DNA of 63,585 nucleotides, filler included, from Octopus bimaculoides (Eukaryota), in assembly GCF_001194135.2 (NCBI RefSeq). It is 3 parts of 3 records of this genome, joined end to end, with 100 filler letters (N's around TTAATTAATTAA, not from the genome) between each part and the next. Parts side by side here need not be neighbours in the genome. Positions count along the whole stretch, not along the records: positions 1 to 28,840 come from NC_068981.1; positions 28,941 to 60,044 come from NC_068986.1; 1 more part is not named here. One strand, given 5' to 3'. This document shows, in pieces, positions 24,087-36,127 of the stretch. The notes beneath the pieces are model-generated. The model did no database searches, was not told the origin of the DNA, and was given only the letters and a program-made list of their open reading frames with translations. A program made the translations under genes and the position numbers. Position 1 is the stretch's first letter, and each line of letters starts with the position of its first letter.

Positions 24087-24850
24087 CTAGCTGTATTACC
24101 CGGCGTTGCCACGGTTACTGTTGTTCTTATTCAGATTAGTAAACAAATGTGAAGATATATTTTTTTTCTCATAATTATTTCAAAATATCTATATTTTATT
24201 TTTAAAAATATCCAAACTGTGATGATAATCGAATTTAGAACTGAAAATTTGTCAATCTTGAAGCACCTCAGGGTAAACAATATTCATTGTGTAATTTTTT
24301 GTTTGTGTCCAAATGAATAAATTGTTGTTGCTTCCAACTCATGAGCAACGAACATAGAGTTGGCTATGGGAGAAGCATGTAGTAGAAAGATGAAGTCCAA
24401 CTACCTTGAGGGATTAACCCAGAAATTTGTTATTTGAAATACTAAAACTTAGTTTGACTGGAAACTGAAGCCTCTTAAATTGAAATGGAACATCAGAAGA
24501 TATGAGAGGAAATTTTGGAATAAAGAAATTTTCTTCTTTGTGACTACCTGTACTGATTGTGGCTTGTAGGTCCATGGGGCGTCATGGAAGTAACAATTAA
24601 GCGAGTTCCACTACATAGGTGAGGTGAGTCAAGATTCTTAAGCAGCATAATGGGAGCATCCAGATTCGTGTCAAGTTATGCGGTGGCATCCCAGTAGGTT
24701 TAAGTGTGTTCAGAAATTCAACAGGGTATTATTGAACAACATGATCTGGGTCAACTGTTGTGTGAATTGATGGAAAAGCCATTTCTGATGTACATGTAAA
24801 CTTTTGAAGAAGTTCATGATTGAGTTTCATTACTGGAGCCAGTATAGCTG
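24087..24850 (-). mobile_element. Helitron remnant: PIF1 helicase C-terminus plus canonical 3' end
   Basis: YPVEFLNTLKPTGMPPH, PIMLLKNLD..LCSGTRL, PFQFKRLQFPVKLSF, CFSHSQLYV. Terminus ccgtggcaacgccggg-taatacag-CTAG followed by T (24087-24114). Confidence 0.85.
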
Positions 24851-27800
24851 TTTCACATAGCCAGTTTACATCAGTGTAATTTACAATCACATATACTCAC
24901 ACACATAGTATATGTATGTGAGTGTATGTGACAGATAAGACAAACAGACACAAACATACATTTACGTAACGAACGCGCAAACACACTCACTCATATACAA
25001 AATGTGTGTTTGTGGTATAAAATTACTTTACTATATCGTACATAAGGAAGGCGTAAACTGATACTTATACAAAATGTGCCGCTGTGATATAAAATGATCT
25101 TTAGTATCTCGTATGTAACGAACACACAAACACTCACAGACACATGCACACTCATATACAAAATGTGTCGTCATTGTGGTATACTGTGTCGTATGTAACG
25201 AACACATACACAAAATGTGATGTCGTGTTATTTAACTATAGTTTGACTGCAGAAAGATTATGCCTAGATAATCTTATATTGTTTCAATCCAAATGAAAAT
25301 AAAAATTACATGTTGACACTACTATTTATTACCTTGTAAAATTTGATTTGACTTTGTGGAGCCATTTGAGAATGCATAGGAGACTGACAGACAAAAAAGT
25401 TTATATATAGAGAGAGATAGCTAGTCATTTAAATAATGACTAGCTATCTCTAATAACTTGAGTACAACAAAGAAATGTACCGTCAATGATAACTATCTAC
25501 AGTTAATGAACTGGATACATTGTAGTTAGCTTATTTTAATCTTCGCCTCTGGAGTAATCGAACAAATTTATAATTAAAGGTGTTTTGCTATAATCATCCA
25601 ATATTTTATTAAAAGATAATCTTATTTTAGACTGCATTATCCCACGTGCTTTTCCATTTTAAAGACAGTTAGTTATGTCGTTCTCATTTTCAATTTTCAA
25701 GACAATGGGGAGGGATTTGGTTATTACACTGAGATCAAGTAACTATATAGAACACCCTTCTTGTGCTCGTTCAGGTAAATTTTTACATGAATACCCGCAC
25801 AATTTTCACTTTACCGTTCAGGTAAATTTTTATATTAACACCAGCACAATTTTCACTAAGGTAAAAAAAAAAAAAAAAAAAAACTCGGATTTTTTGCGTG
25901 GAATCAAGTACTCTGACCCCCTAATATGCTACAAATCCCTTATTTTGGTTCGGAAAAAAAGGGGGCGAGGCGGGATATATTTAATAACGAACCATGTAAT
26001 TCATAATCTAAAAATTTATTTCTGCAATTTTTTTTTTTTTTCTTAAACACACAAGATATAGTCTATAAATTTAGGATGTTTTGGAAAGATACTATATTTT
26101 ATCATCAGAATATATATATACTTTCTCACACAACAATTAAGATATATTTATTTTAAATCGTTTATCTCGAAATGCTCACTCGACCCCTATTCCTTGCAAT
26201 ATCCAAGTCATGTATTAAAGTACCAAAGTAATTAAAGATCCAACAAAATCATTTCACAGAATAACAAAAATAAAAAAAAGGCAACATCACCTTAACCAAT
26301 GATGAGATCAGAGAGAAAATCCTCTTACTCCTTCGTAGTAAGATACGATTTCTCCACTCTTTCTTTTTCCTAGGTACACGTTTCTCGAGTGACATAACAA
26401 GGTTGGCAGTATAAGAATCGTTTGCGCTCTTCTTAACGTTAATAAGTTACAGTCTAAAAGTTTTTATATTTTTTTATATCTAAATATAAACGCGAGTATA
26501 CTTTTGTCTTTCATCTAACAAGCTTTATAATTATAATTATTACCATACAAAAATAAAAATTATAAACTCACATCCACTATGTCACGACTGCACAAGGCAC
26601 AATTTCCCCCTCATAAAAACTGTCCTCAGATACTAATTATAATAAATTTTAAAGAATATATGTGCATGTCCAACTAGTTGTATGCAATGTTCCCTAATTA
26701 CAGGGACTGTTCGTTCAATAACACAGACCAGCCGGGGCCTCGTCGTAACATTTATGTATAGAATGTTTTTAAACTGTTGAATAGTTTTGAAAAGTAACTG
26801 TTGATAATTAAATGAGAAACAGAAATTCTCTGCGATCCCAGACGCTGAACTGTGGCCATGCTGGGGCTCAACTTTGAAAGGTTTAGTCGAACAAATTGAT
26901 CCTAGTGCCTTTTTTATTAAGTTTGCACTTATTCCATTGGTCTCTTTGGCTGAACCGGTAATCAAGTGGTTGCGTTGGGCGAATACAAATCCACTCACAA
27001 GGTTTTGGTCATCACACAGCTACACGTGCGCGTGCGTGTGTGTATGTGAGGGAGAGAGAGAAATTAAATGTGTGAGTGAGAGGGAGATCAAATGCGTGTG
27101 TGAGAGATTACATGTGTGTAGTGGGAAGGGCAGACTTCGATGACTTGCTGATATGAGTATAAATTATAAGTGACGTAATTTATCAAGATAAGCTACAATA
27201 TCATCTATCAGTATTAGTAACCGTATTATGCATTTACACTACTGCTTCAATTTTGTTCGCCAATGACGCTCTTCACGTTTTTGACAAAATTTTGTATTTT
27301 AGAAGCTATTTCCTGTTAAAGTTGTATTTGGGTAATTATAACCAATCAATGACGTGTATTCAGCTGAAGAAAGTTACTGCTGTTTGCGAAAGTAATGGAA
27401 GAGCAACTTCTGGGTCATCTGTTAAATTCATTTTTCAACCTCGCGTGGTTTATTCGGTTTGTTCTCCAGCTTGGCTGCTGTGTTTTTGGATATTTTTGCT
27501 TACTCCTCCTAATTATTTTCACCACTCTGTTTTATTTTATTTTTTATTAATTTTCACCAACTTTTGTTTAGTTGCCTATTGTATTTTAATTTTTGTATTT
27601 GGAAGTATGGTTGCAACCAAATCTGTGACTGAGATTGAAAAGATCCCAGTTACATTTGCCAGATGCCTTCGCTAAGCAAAATAATGTCTTTGCCACTTCA
27701 CCCTTCCAACCTCTTCTAAGTCACCAAAAGCTGGAATTGAGATAATAGGTATCACCAACGAACTCTATTGTTCTCAACAATATGTCTCTCCTTCCGACTA

Positions 27801-27904
27801 GTTTTGAATAGTTATAAAAACAAGAACTCCGTAAGCCAAAGTCGGTTAGTGAGAACCGAGTCTGGCTGACCGGCTGAACAAAACGCCGTCTCTAAAGGAG
27901 AAGG

Positions 27905-28840
27905 TACAAAGATTTTCTTTTTATTCCTAATAAATAGGATACATAGAGGGGACAGACAACAACATATATATAAGGTCTTCAGCCTTTTACGAATGTTCTA
28001 TCGAATGGATGTTATAATGGATTTTATAATGAATATAATGATATAATGTGATATGGTACATTAAAAATATATATAAAATATAAACATTTTTTAATTCTCT
28101 TTTTTTTTTTGGTTTGGGTCGTCTTACTAACCCACCGGTTGATTTCCCTTTTGTTTTTTTTGTTTTTTCTTTTCCTTCTATGCCCGGTCCGGCCATGTTG
28201 GCATGGCTCCTTGCATACTCAACTTTCTTACGATTTCCTTCCATCTTTTCGCAAACACTCTTTGCGGCAGGCTCCTCCTCTCCAGACTCATCTTGAAAAC
28301 AAGATGGGCGGTGAAATGGTTCACCAGACCTCGTCTGGAGTTGAACTGTCCAGTCACAATTCCTTCCAAATGCGTCTTCCATACCGTTTCTTTCAATATG
28401 GTTATTACGCAGAGAAATGCTGCCTTCTTCTCTTTGGAAAGAGAGGAAGGCGGTACAATCTTAATCATGGACTCAGTCGAGAGCCGTACTCCTGTATCCG
28501 ACATCAATTGTTCGGCATAGGTTATCAAATCCCTCAGCTCCTCACAGTGTATGAAGGCGTGCGTCACCGTTTCACTGGCGCGCCAGCACCTCGGACACGT
28601 GGGGGAGGTGTCATATACGTGCCTTGATAACCTTTCCCGAACCGGTAAGGTCGATTGGTAGCACAGCCAGGTCAAGGATTTCTGGTAGTTATCCAGGAAT
28701 CTCGACCCGAAGGTCCTCTCGAACAGGCTGGCTAGCTGCTTCTTATCGAAGCCCAGAGTCTCCCCCAGGACATCGTCAGACTTAAGCTCTACCAATCCAC
28801 TATAAATATCCGCTGTGGTAACCCTGCTGCTAGCATTGTT
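27905..28840 (-). mobile_element. Tx1/L1-type LINE 3' end (zf-RVT domain and 3' UTR)
   Basis: LTWLCYQSTLPVRERL...CPRCWRASETVTHAFIHC (CCHC), followed by an A-rich tract at ~28100 and AATAAA near 27920; 5' end lost in a gap. Confidence 0.85.
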
Positions 28841-28940
28841 NNNNNNNNNNNNNNNNNNNNNNNNNNNNNNNNNNNNNNNNNNNNTTAATTAATTAANNNN
28901 NNNNNNNNNNNNNNNNNNNNNNNNNNNNNNNNNNNNNNNN
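28841..28940. other. Scaffolding spacer (44 N + TTAATTAATTAA + 44 N)
   Basis: Identical 100-bp construct at 60045-60144; stop codons in all six frames; assembly artefact. Confidence 0.9.
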
Positions 28941-29280
28941 ATATACTTTCATTGTGATTTCTGCAATGTGGTACATAAATTGTCAAGTAAATGAGACGCA
29001 TCTTTGCCTCCACTGATTCACTTGCAAAGTGTTGAGTAAAATTATTTCGTTGCAGACCTCCTTTGGGTCTTTTTATTATCACTACGACACACATAGTCCC
29101 CAGTTGGTAACATTGATTTCAAGGCCCTCCTAGATGAGAGACTGGCATTCCACTTAATGTCTATGTTCCATGCTGGCATGGATTGGAGAGTTATTAATGT
29201 AGAAATATGGTATCGTAGCTACTAACAGTTGAGGGTTGCGTAGTCTAGACAGCGTTTTTAGATTTCATTATTCTCTTTAA

Positions 29281-29308
29281 CCCGGGCAAAGCCGGGTATT
29301 TCTGCTAG
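29281..29308 (+). mobile_element. Helitron 3' terminus (non-autonomous; 5' end not located)
   Basis: Hairpin CCCGG-GCAAAG-CCGGG, 8 nt, CTAG, then T. Confidence 0.75.
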
Positions 29309-30045
29309 TATATATATATATTTATATTTATAAGATTGTTGGTTATGGCTGGTCAGAGACTGCCTATTGGTTTTGCACTGGTAAATTCTTAGTTGTATAG
29401 GTGACTCATCAGCCTTTACCAGAGGCACATACCCTCTCTACAACTGGAAGCAGGAAAAGTCTTGGTCAGCTAAGGTTATAAACAAAAATACCCTGAAACA
29501 AAATTCTACTGTTTGACAATACTTCAGATGGTATACTCCAAAGAGACTTGTGTTGGTCTGCATCAGCAAGATTTATATAGTATATTATAACCCTAACAAA
29601 ATGAGTACAGTGAATTTGCTGTGAAGAGTGAAAATCTAATGTTTTGGACAGAGCCCTTCTTCGGGATAAAAAGAAGAGAAAATTGTGAGACACAGCAGAA
29701 TTTTACGTCCTATAATTTAAAAAAAAATGAACTGGATGTAACAGATGCATATATCTATATAAATAAAATTGGTTTGTGGGACTGACACATATCATTCCAT
29801 TTTACTTGCCTGGTATACCCTCCTTCTCCTCCCTTATAGGACTGACAATGTCACTCCGCTTTAACCACCTGGTATACCCCCCCTTCTCCCTTGACGTTCC
29901 AATAATATAAATAAATCAAGGAAAAATATGATGCTGATTGTGTGTGTGAGGGTGTGTGTGTGTGCGTATGTGTGTGCATGCATGTGTGTGTATGTGTGTG
30001 CATGTGTGAGTATGTGTGTGTGCGTGTGTATGCCAAGGGCATATG

Positions 30046-30157
30046 GTATAGTGGTTAAGAGTTCAATTCTAGGCAGTGACCTGAATAAGGATGATGATGA
30101 TGATGATGATAATGATGATGATGATAATAACAGCATCAGAAAAAATACCTTAGGAAT
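30046..30157 (+). mobile_element. Partial copy of the tRNA/hammerhead SINE-like element, truncated by a gap
   Basis: gggcatatggtatagtggttaagag...ggcagtgacctgaataa-(GAT)n-...aaaaataccttaggaat. Confidence 0.75.
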
Positions 30158-30319
30158 NNNNNNNNNNNNNNNNNNNNNNNNNNNNNNNNNNNNNNNNNNN
30201 NNNNNNNNNNNNNNNNNNNNNNNNNNNNNNNNNNNNNNNNNNNNNNNNNNNNNNNNNNNNNNNNNNNNNNNNNNNNNNNNNNNNNNNNNNNNNNNNNNNN
30301 NNNNNNNNNNNNNNNNATA

Positions 30320-31200
30320 TAGTTGAAATTTACAGAAAAACAAATGATGAAGACAGGTGTATAAGCAGGTGTTTTAGTTTGACACTCGAGAAGGTGAAAA
30401 AGTCTTTTACATTTCGAGCCTACGCTCTTCAACAGAAAGGAACATGAGGAAATAAACAGAGAGAGAATAAAAAATACTTTTGGAGTGTGCGTGTGTAAGT
30501 GTGTGCGTCTGTAATGTGTGGGTGTGTGGTTGATGGTGTGGGTGCTGGGAAGTGGTCAGTGCTAGTGTGTGCAGGGTGGGAAAAGTTGAAAGGAGAGCAA
30601 TTAATGAGACATAGCAGAGTTTTGCATTCCCTAAGTTTAACAAAAACAAAACAAAACAAACAAACAAACGAACAAAAAACTGCCTGTAACTGATAAGGGA
30701 TGCAGAACCATATGAGTTTCATATGTGAACAAGAAGTAGTAAGAGAAACTATGTGAGAAAAAAAAAAATAGGGGAGAGGAATGGAATGAGGAGAAGCAGA
30801 TAAAGTCTGGGGTGAAGTGAAGGGAAAAAATGAAGTGAAAAGGGAGTTGAAAGACAAGAAACAGTTTAATAAACCAAGAAAGGGAAAAAGACATTTAAAT
30901 CTGTGGTTGACATATGAAAGGTTGTTTCTGCTATTTCCTTGAGAACATGACTCCACAACGTGTGGCAATGTTGTACACTGATAGGTGAGTGATGGGATGG
31001 ACAGTAGTTTTAAAATGGGCAGCAACAGGTCGGCTGAGCATATGTAGTGGTATGCTTTGAATATGTTCTCAAAAGTAATCAGCTGGGCAGTAACCTGCTT
31101 CCCCAATGTAAAAGTCACTGCAACATTTGCAAATGATACAATACATAAGATTAGATGATGTACAACAAAATTTCTGAGCAAAGCAGATGTTGCAGCGTTG
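30320..31200 (-). mobile_element. Second Penelope-like element: degenerate GIY-YIG plus 3' tail
   Basis: FCCTSSNLMYCIICKCCSDFYIGEAG...F*EH and PVAAHFKTTVHPITHLSV, followed by pyrimidine-rich and CA-rich tracts and a hammerhead-like motif. Confidence 0.75.
30404..30439 (-). ncRNA. Minimal type I hammerhead-ribozyme-like motif (variant core CUGUUGA)
   Basis: Stem I CUUU/AAAG, CUGUUGA, A, stem II GAGC-GUAG-GCUC, GAAA-UGU, GUA triplet. Confidence 0.6.
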
Positions 31201-31249
31201 GGCTGGGTACTGTAGAGTTTCTTACTAGGAGATACACACACACACACAC

Positions 31250-31575
31250 TGACTATCCATTCCATGACTTTGCTGATGTGTGAAATCAGAGAGATAGGCC
31301 TATAGTTTTTGGCATCTGCTTTGATGTATGAAGTCAGAGAGATAGGCCTATAGTTTCTGGCATCTTTATGGATTGGGCATATTATTCCCTCCTTCAGTTT
31401 GCTTGGCAGCTTTGCAAGAAAGCTCTGGAAGAGAATCTGTAGCGGTTTTGCCAGGGCACGCTTACACGATTTGAGGAGGATTGCTGAGAAACCATCAGGA
31501 CCAGCAGTTGAGTTTGCATCCACCTCATTTATGGCTAGTAATATATCTTCTTTGCTAATGTCGATGTAATCCATT
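31250..31575 (-). mobile_element. CR1/L2-group LINE fragment, same family as 491-1848
   Basis: DANSTAGPDGFSAILLKSCKRALAKPLQILFQSFL...LKEGIICPIHK..NYRPISL. Confidence 0.85.
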
Positions 31576-33039
31576 GTAACTGCCTTGCTGGTTATAGGAG
31601 AGGTGGCAAATATATATATACAGTGTACTGTTCATTATATCATGTGGGCAATGTCTGATGATTGTGCTGGGACACCAGATGTGTTATAAAACAATGTTCT
31701 CAGCACATGAAACTAATAGAAGCACATAAAAACATATATTGTGTCTGTTAAATTATATATAACTTCCACATAGTTTCCTTCTACAAAATTCATTCACAAA
31801 ACATAGATCAGTCTAGAGTAATAATACATGATGTTCACCCAAGGTGCTGCACAATGGAACTGAACACGAAATCCTGTGGTTGCAAAGTGAGCTTCTTAGC
31901 CACACAACCATGCTGTAAGCTACATATTATCTAGTATAGTATTAGATACAATTTTTCAGATGGGTTGGGTGTGATTCAAAAGAAATTTCACTGCTATTTC
32001 TATTAGTTAAGCCATCACAACAGGCTATTTTCTTGTCTCATATGTGGTCAGCAGTCCAGCATAACAGCCTCATAAACATTGTGCTAAGCAATTTAGATTG
32101 TTATTTTTTTGTTATAATTGTTGTTGTTTAGTCCCATATTATTTTTCATCAAGCAGGCCTTGATTTAAGGCATTCAAACTAACCATCCTACTTTTATATT
32201 TTTTCAGCAGGGCCTCAATATTCAATTTATTCTTCCATTTTGAGACAGCAGGATGTGATTTGAAGGAGATTTGGCTGTTATTTCTAACAACTGAAGTGAC
32301 CATTTGGTGGCCTCAATATTTTTCTAAATAATGAAGACAATGTAGCACTGGACTACATACTTAATGATATTTAATACTAATAAGGCAGCAAGCTAGCATA
32401 AATGTTAGTATACTGGGCAAAATAATACATGGGATTTTGTATGTCTTTATGTTCTGAGTTCAAATCCTGCTGAGGCTGACTATCTTTTATCCTTTCAAAA
32501 TCAATAAAACAAGTACCAGCTGGGTACTGGGGTTGATGTAACAGACTTGTCCCCACCATCCCAAATTGCTGGCATTGTGCCAAAATTTGAAACCAATCTT
32601 TAGTACTATTTAGTCTGATAATCAGCTCTTGTTTCAAATATAATATTGATTCTAACCTGAACAAATTATTATTTTTATTTGGCTATTTTGGTTATGTTTA
32701 TTATTATTTTCACAGAGATAGATTATTTATATAAAATGTCACTTGATATACTAGCACTCAAATATTGTGGATATTTTTCTTGTTCCTCAGGGTTTCTGTT
32801 GGTGTTTTTATTATCGCAATAAAAACTATCAAATGGTGATTTTTTTACATATTATTTGTCAATTATGTTGATTAAGTTTTCTTGTTTATATGCATTGTTA
32901 ATGCTTTACTGTCAATTATCATTATCATTCAATGCATTTGCTAAATTGATAAATATGGGTAAATATTCTGAAACACTTTTGTGTATGTCTTTTGTAGTCA
33001 ATAAAGATGACTTTTTCTTATTATAAATATATATCTGTA

Positions 33040-33700
33040 GGCTCAGAATTGTTAGCACACCAGGCAAAATTCTTAGCGGTATTTTGTCCATCTTTATATT
33101 CTGAGTTCAAATTCCACCGAGGTTGACTTTACCTGTCATCCTTTTGGGGTTGATAAAATAAATACCAGTTGATAAAATAAATACACCATATGCTGGGGTC
33201 GATGTAATTGATTTACCCTCTCCCTGAGAATGCTGCTGGCCTTGTGCTACAATTTGAGTCCAATATATATCTGTAAGGAGACAGTGAACTGGCAGACTCA
33301 TTATCAAGCTGGGCAAAATGCTTAACAGCATTTTGTCTGTCTTTATGTTTTGAATTCAAGTTCCAATGGGAGTCAACTTGGCCTTTCATCCTTTTGGGGT
33401 TGATAAAATAAATACAAATTGGACACTGGTGTCAATGTAATCAACTTAATCCTTTCCCCAACACTGCTGGCCTTGTACTAAAATTTGAAGCTAATATATA
33501 TCTGTAGGTGGGGCAGTGGTCTGGCAGAATCAGTTTGCCTTGTGGAATTTCTTTAAGTTCTTTACATTCTGAGTTCAAATCCCAAAAAGGTCAGCTTTGC
33601 TTGTCATCCTTTTGAGGGCAGTAAATTAAAGTGCCAGTGAATTACTGAGCTTGATGTAATCAACTGGCCACTTCCCAACATTTTGTGACTAAATTAGAAA
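33040..33700 (+). mobile_element. Three consecutive family A SINE copies
   Basis: Recurrent ctgagttcaa(at/gt)...ttcatccttttggggttgataaaataaatac at ~33110, ~33350 and ~33570. Confidence 0.8.
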
Positions 33701-34181
33701 TAATATTTATCCAAAGGCCAGACATTATCAATACCTGTTCATAATGATTTTCTCAAACTTAAAACAGTTTTGGGGAGATGAATGAATTTAAAGAAGGTGA
33801 TAAAATGCTTCAAGTTTTACAGATTGAGCAAGAATGATGAAGGTTGTTAAAGAAACTCTGTGTTTAGTAATCATCTATGTATCATACTAAATATATATAC
33901 TCTGTCAATAGGCCAGTTACTGCAGTATTCATCCTGAGATAACATCTCTTTGGTGCTTGGGGTATAAAGCAGAATACAGGAGATGATTAAAGGAAATAAT
34001 AATGCAGGTGGGAAATGTCAATGCCAGTAAATTTAGAAAAATAGAGTCTGTTATGATAAAAAGATGACAAAAGCAGAAATAAGATAGGCCAATGAGATGG
34101 TAAAGAAGGAGAATACTTCAAAGAGATGAATTGCATTCTTAATGTAATCAAAGATACTAGAAATTAAAGAAGATGCCACCT

Positions 34182-34220
<39 letters not shown>

Positions 34221-34905
34221 GTATACCATTGTGTGATGTACCAGGGCCTAAAAAAGCAAAAAAAAAACAAACATACAAAAAACATAAACAAATATACAAA
34301 CAAAGAACAAAAACTAACATACAAGCAAAAAGCAAAAAAAATTATTACAAAAACCCAAAGGTCATGACCTCATTTTTCATGGAAGGTAACAAAGGTAAGA
34401 GTGGCTTCATTAATTTTTCTTCAATTATTTTGGTTAGTTGAAACCTCTTTGATTTTTATTTTCATGTCTGAGAAAGTCTGGTGGATAGGATTGAGTTGTG
34501 GCTGTCGGGTTGAAAGAGTTAAAACTGATAACCCTTGACTTAGAGAAGCAAGGTTGAGAAATTTTACTGCTTATAAATCTCTTTCGTTTACAAGAGAATT
34601 CTTAGAAGACTTTCATATGTTCGTTTGCTATGAAGAGTGCAAATTGTAACACAGTTGGATCATCTGAGGGTTGAAAAAGGGGGAAAGAGAGAGGGAAGAG
34701 AGAGAAAGAGGAAGAAAGAGAAAGACAGATGTGTTAATACTACAGTTGCAAATCATTAAAAAACCATCATTTACTCTCTCCCTTTCCTGCTCTCAAAGAA
34801 GTGTATGAGTTAGAAATGTTCAATTCTCCCCTTCTCTCAACAACTGAACTTATCAAACTCTCTCTTTATCATTGTTACTATTCCTGTTATTTTCTTTTTT
34901 ATTTT

Positions 34906-35200
34906 GGCTCCCGTGCTGGTGGCATGTAAAAAAGCACCATGTGAATGTGGTTTATGCCAGTGCCCCATGACTGGCTCCTATGCTGGTGGCACATAAAAAG
35001 CACCATGTAAATGTGGTCAATGCCAGTGTCCTCTGACTGGCTCCTGTGCCAGTGACACGTAAAAGGCACCATCCAAACATGATCGATGCTTATGCCCCCA
35101 GACTGGCTCCCATGCTGGTGGCATGTAAAAAGCATCATCGGAATGGGGTCGATGCCAGTACTCTCTGACTGACTCCTGTGCAGGTGGCACGTAAAAAATG
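34906..35200 (+). repeat. 66-bp minisatellite, ~4.5 units
   Basis: Units start with ggctcc/gactcc at 34906, 34973, 35039, 35105 and 35171, each containing gctggtggcaYgtaaaaagcacc. Confidence 0.9.
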
Positions 35201-35359
35201 CACCCACTACACTCTTGGAGTGGTTGGTATTAGGAAGGGCATCCAGCTGTAGAAACCTTGCCAGATCAGATTGGAGCCTGGTGTAGCCACCTGGTTCACC
35301 AGTCCTCAGTCAAATCGTCCAACCCATGCCAGCATGGAAAACGGACGTTAAACGACAAC

Positions 35360-35390
<31 letters not shown>
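35200..35390 (+). mobile_element. SINE family C, 3' part with (GAT)n tail (RTE-type)
   Basis: ggaagggcatccagctgtagaaacc...catggaaaacggacgttaaacg-(GAT)n; other copies at ~35650, 35840, 49790 and 59895. Confidence 0.75.
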
Positions 35391-35392
<2 letters not shown>

Positions 35393-35839
35393 AATTCATT
35401 CAATCTCGAATATCAAAAATCAACATGTTGGTGTCACTGTTGCTCTAACATTACTCTCTCCCTCGTCCTCTGTTCCACCCAATTTCATTCATACACATGT
35501 TCTCTTTTCTGTTCACCTCTTGTTCATCTTTGATTTCAGCAAATAGAAACAGCACAGAGTAAAGAGGATTTATCAGTCTTGCATAGAACAAGACAATCTA
35601 ATTTTTGTTGCTGTTATGATAAAATGCAACAAATACACTTTGTAAAGTAGTTGGTGTTAAAGAAGGGCATTCAACTATAGAAAAGATGCCAAAAAAAAAA
35701 AGACATGGAATGTACTCGTGAGATGCAGGAGAGTGTGAGCACTGAATATGAACTGATTTAGACTGTTCCAGCTGATCCAACATGTGCCAACATGGAAAGC
35801 AGACAACATCGATGACAATAACGATGATAATGATGATGA

Positions 35840-36050
35840 TGATCATCATCATCGTTTAACGTCCGCTTTCCATGCTAGCATGGGTTGGACAATTTGACTG
35901 AGGACTGGTGAAACCAGATGGCTACACCAGGCTCCAATCTGATTTGGCAGAGTTTCTACAGCTGGATGCCCTTCCTAACGCCAACCACTCTGAGAGTGTA
36001 GTGGGTGCTTCTTACGTGCCACCCGCACGAAGGCCAGTCAGGTGGTACTG
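35840..36050 (-). mobile_element. SINE family C copy, tail-to-tail with the preceding copy
   Basis: (CAT)n-cgtttaacgtccgctttccatgctagcatggg...ggatgcccttcctaacgccaacc. Confidence 0.8.
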
Positions 36051-36096
36051 GCAATGATGATGATGATGATGGTGGTGGTGATGATAATGGTGGTAG

Positions 36097-36127
<31 letters not shown>

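Noticed and set aside
26633-27143. 121-aa and 89-aa overlapping ORFs
   Set aside because: They overlap a degenerate family B SINE (ggccatgctggggc...tttagtcgaacaaattgatcc) and have no protein motifs.
34906-35200. Regularly spaced repeats as a CRISPR array
   Set aside because: Whole units are similar with no unique spacers, the context is eukaryotic, and no cas genes are present.
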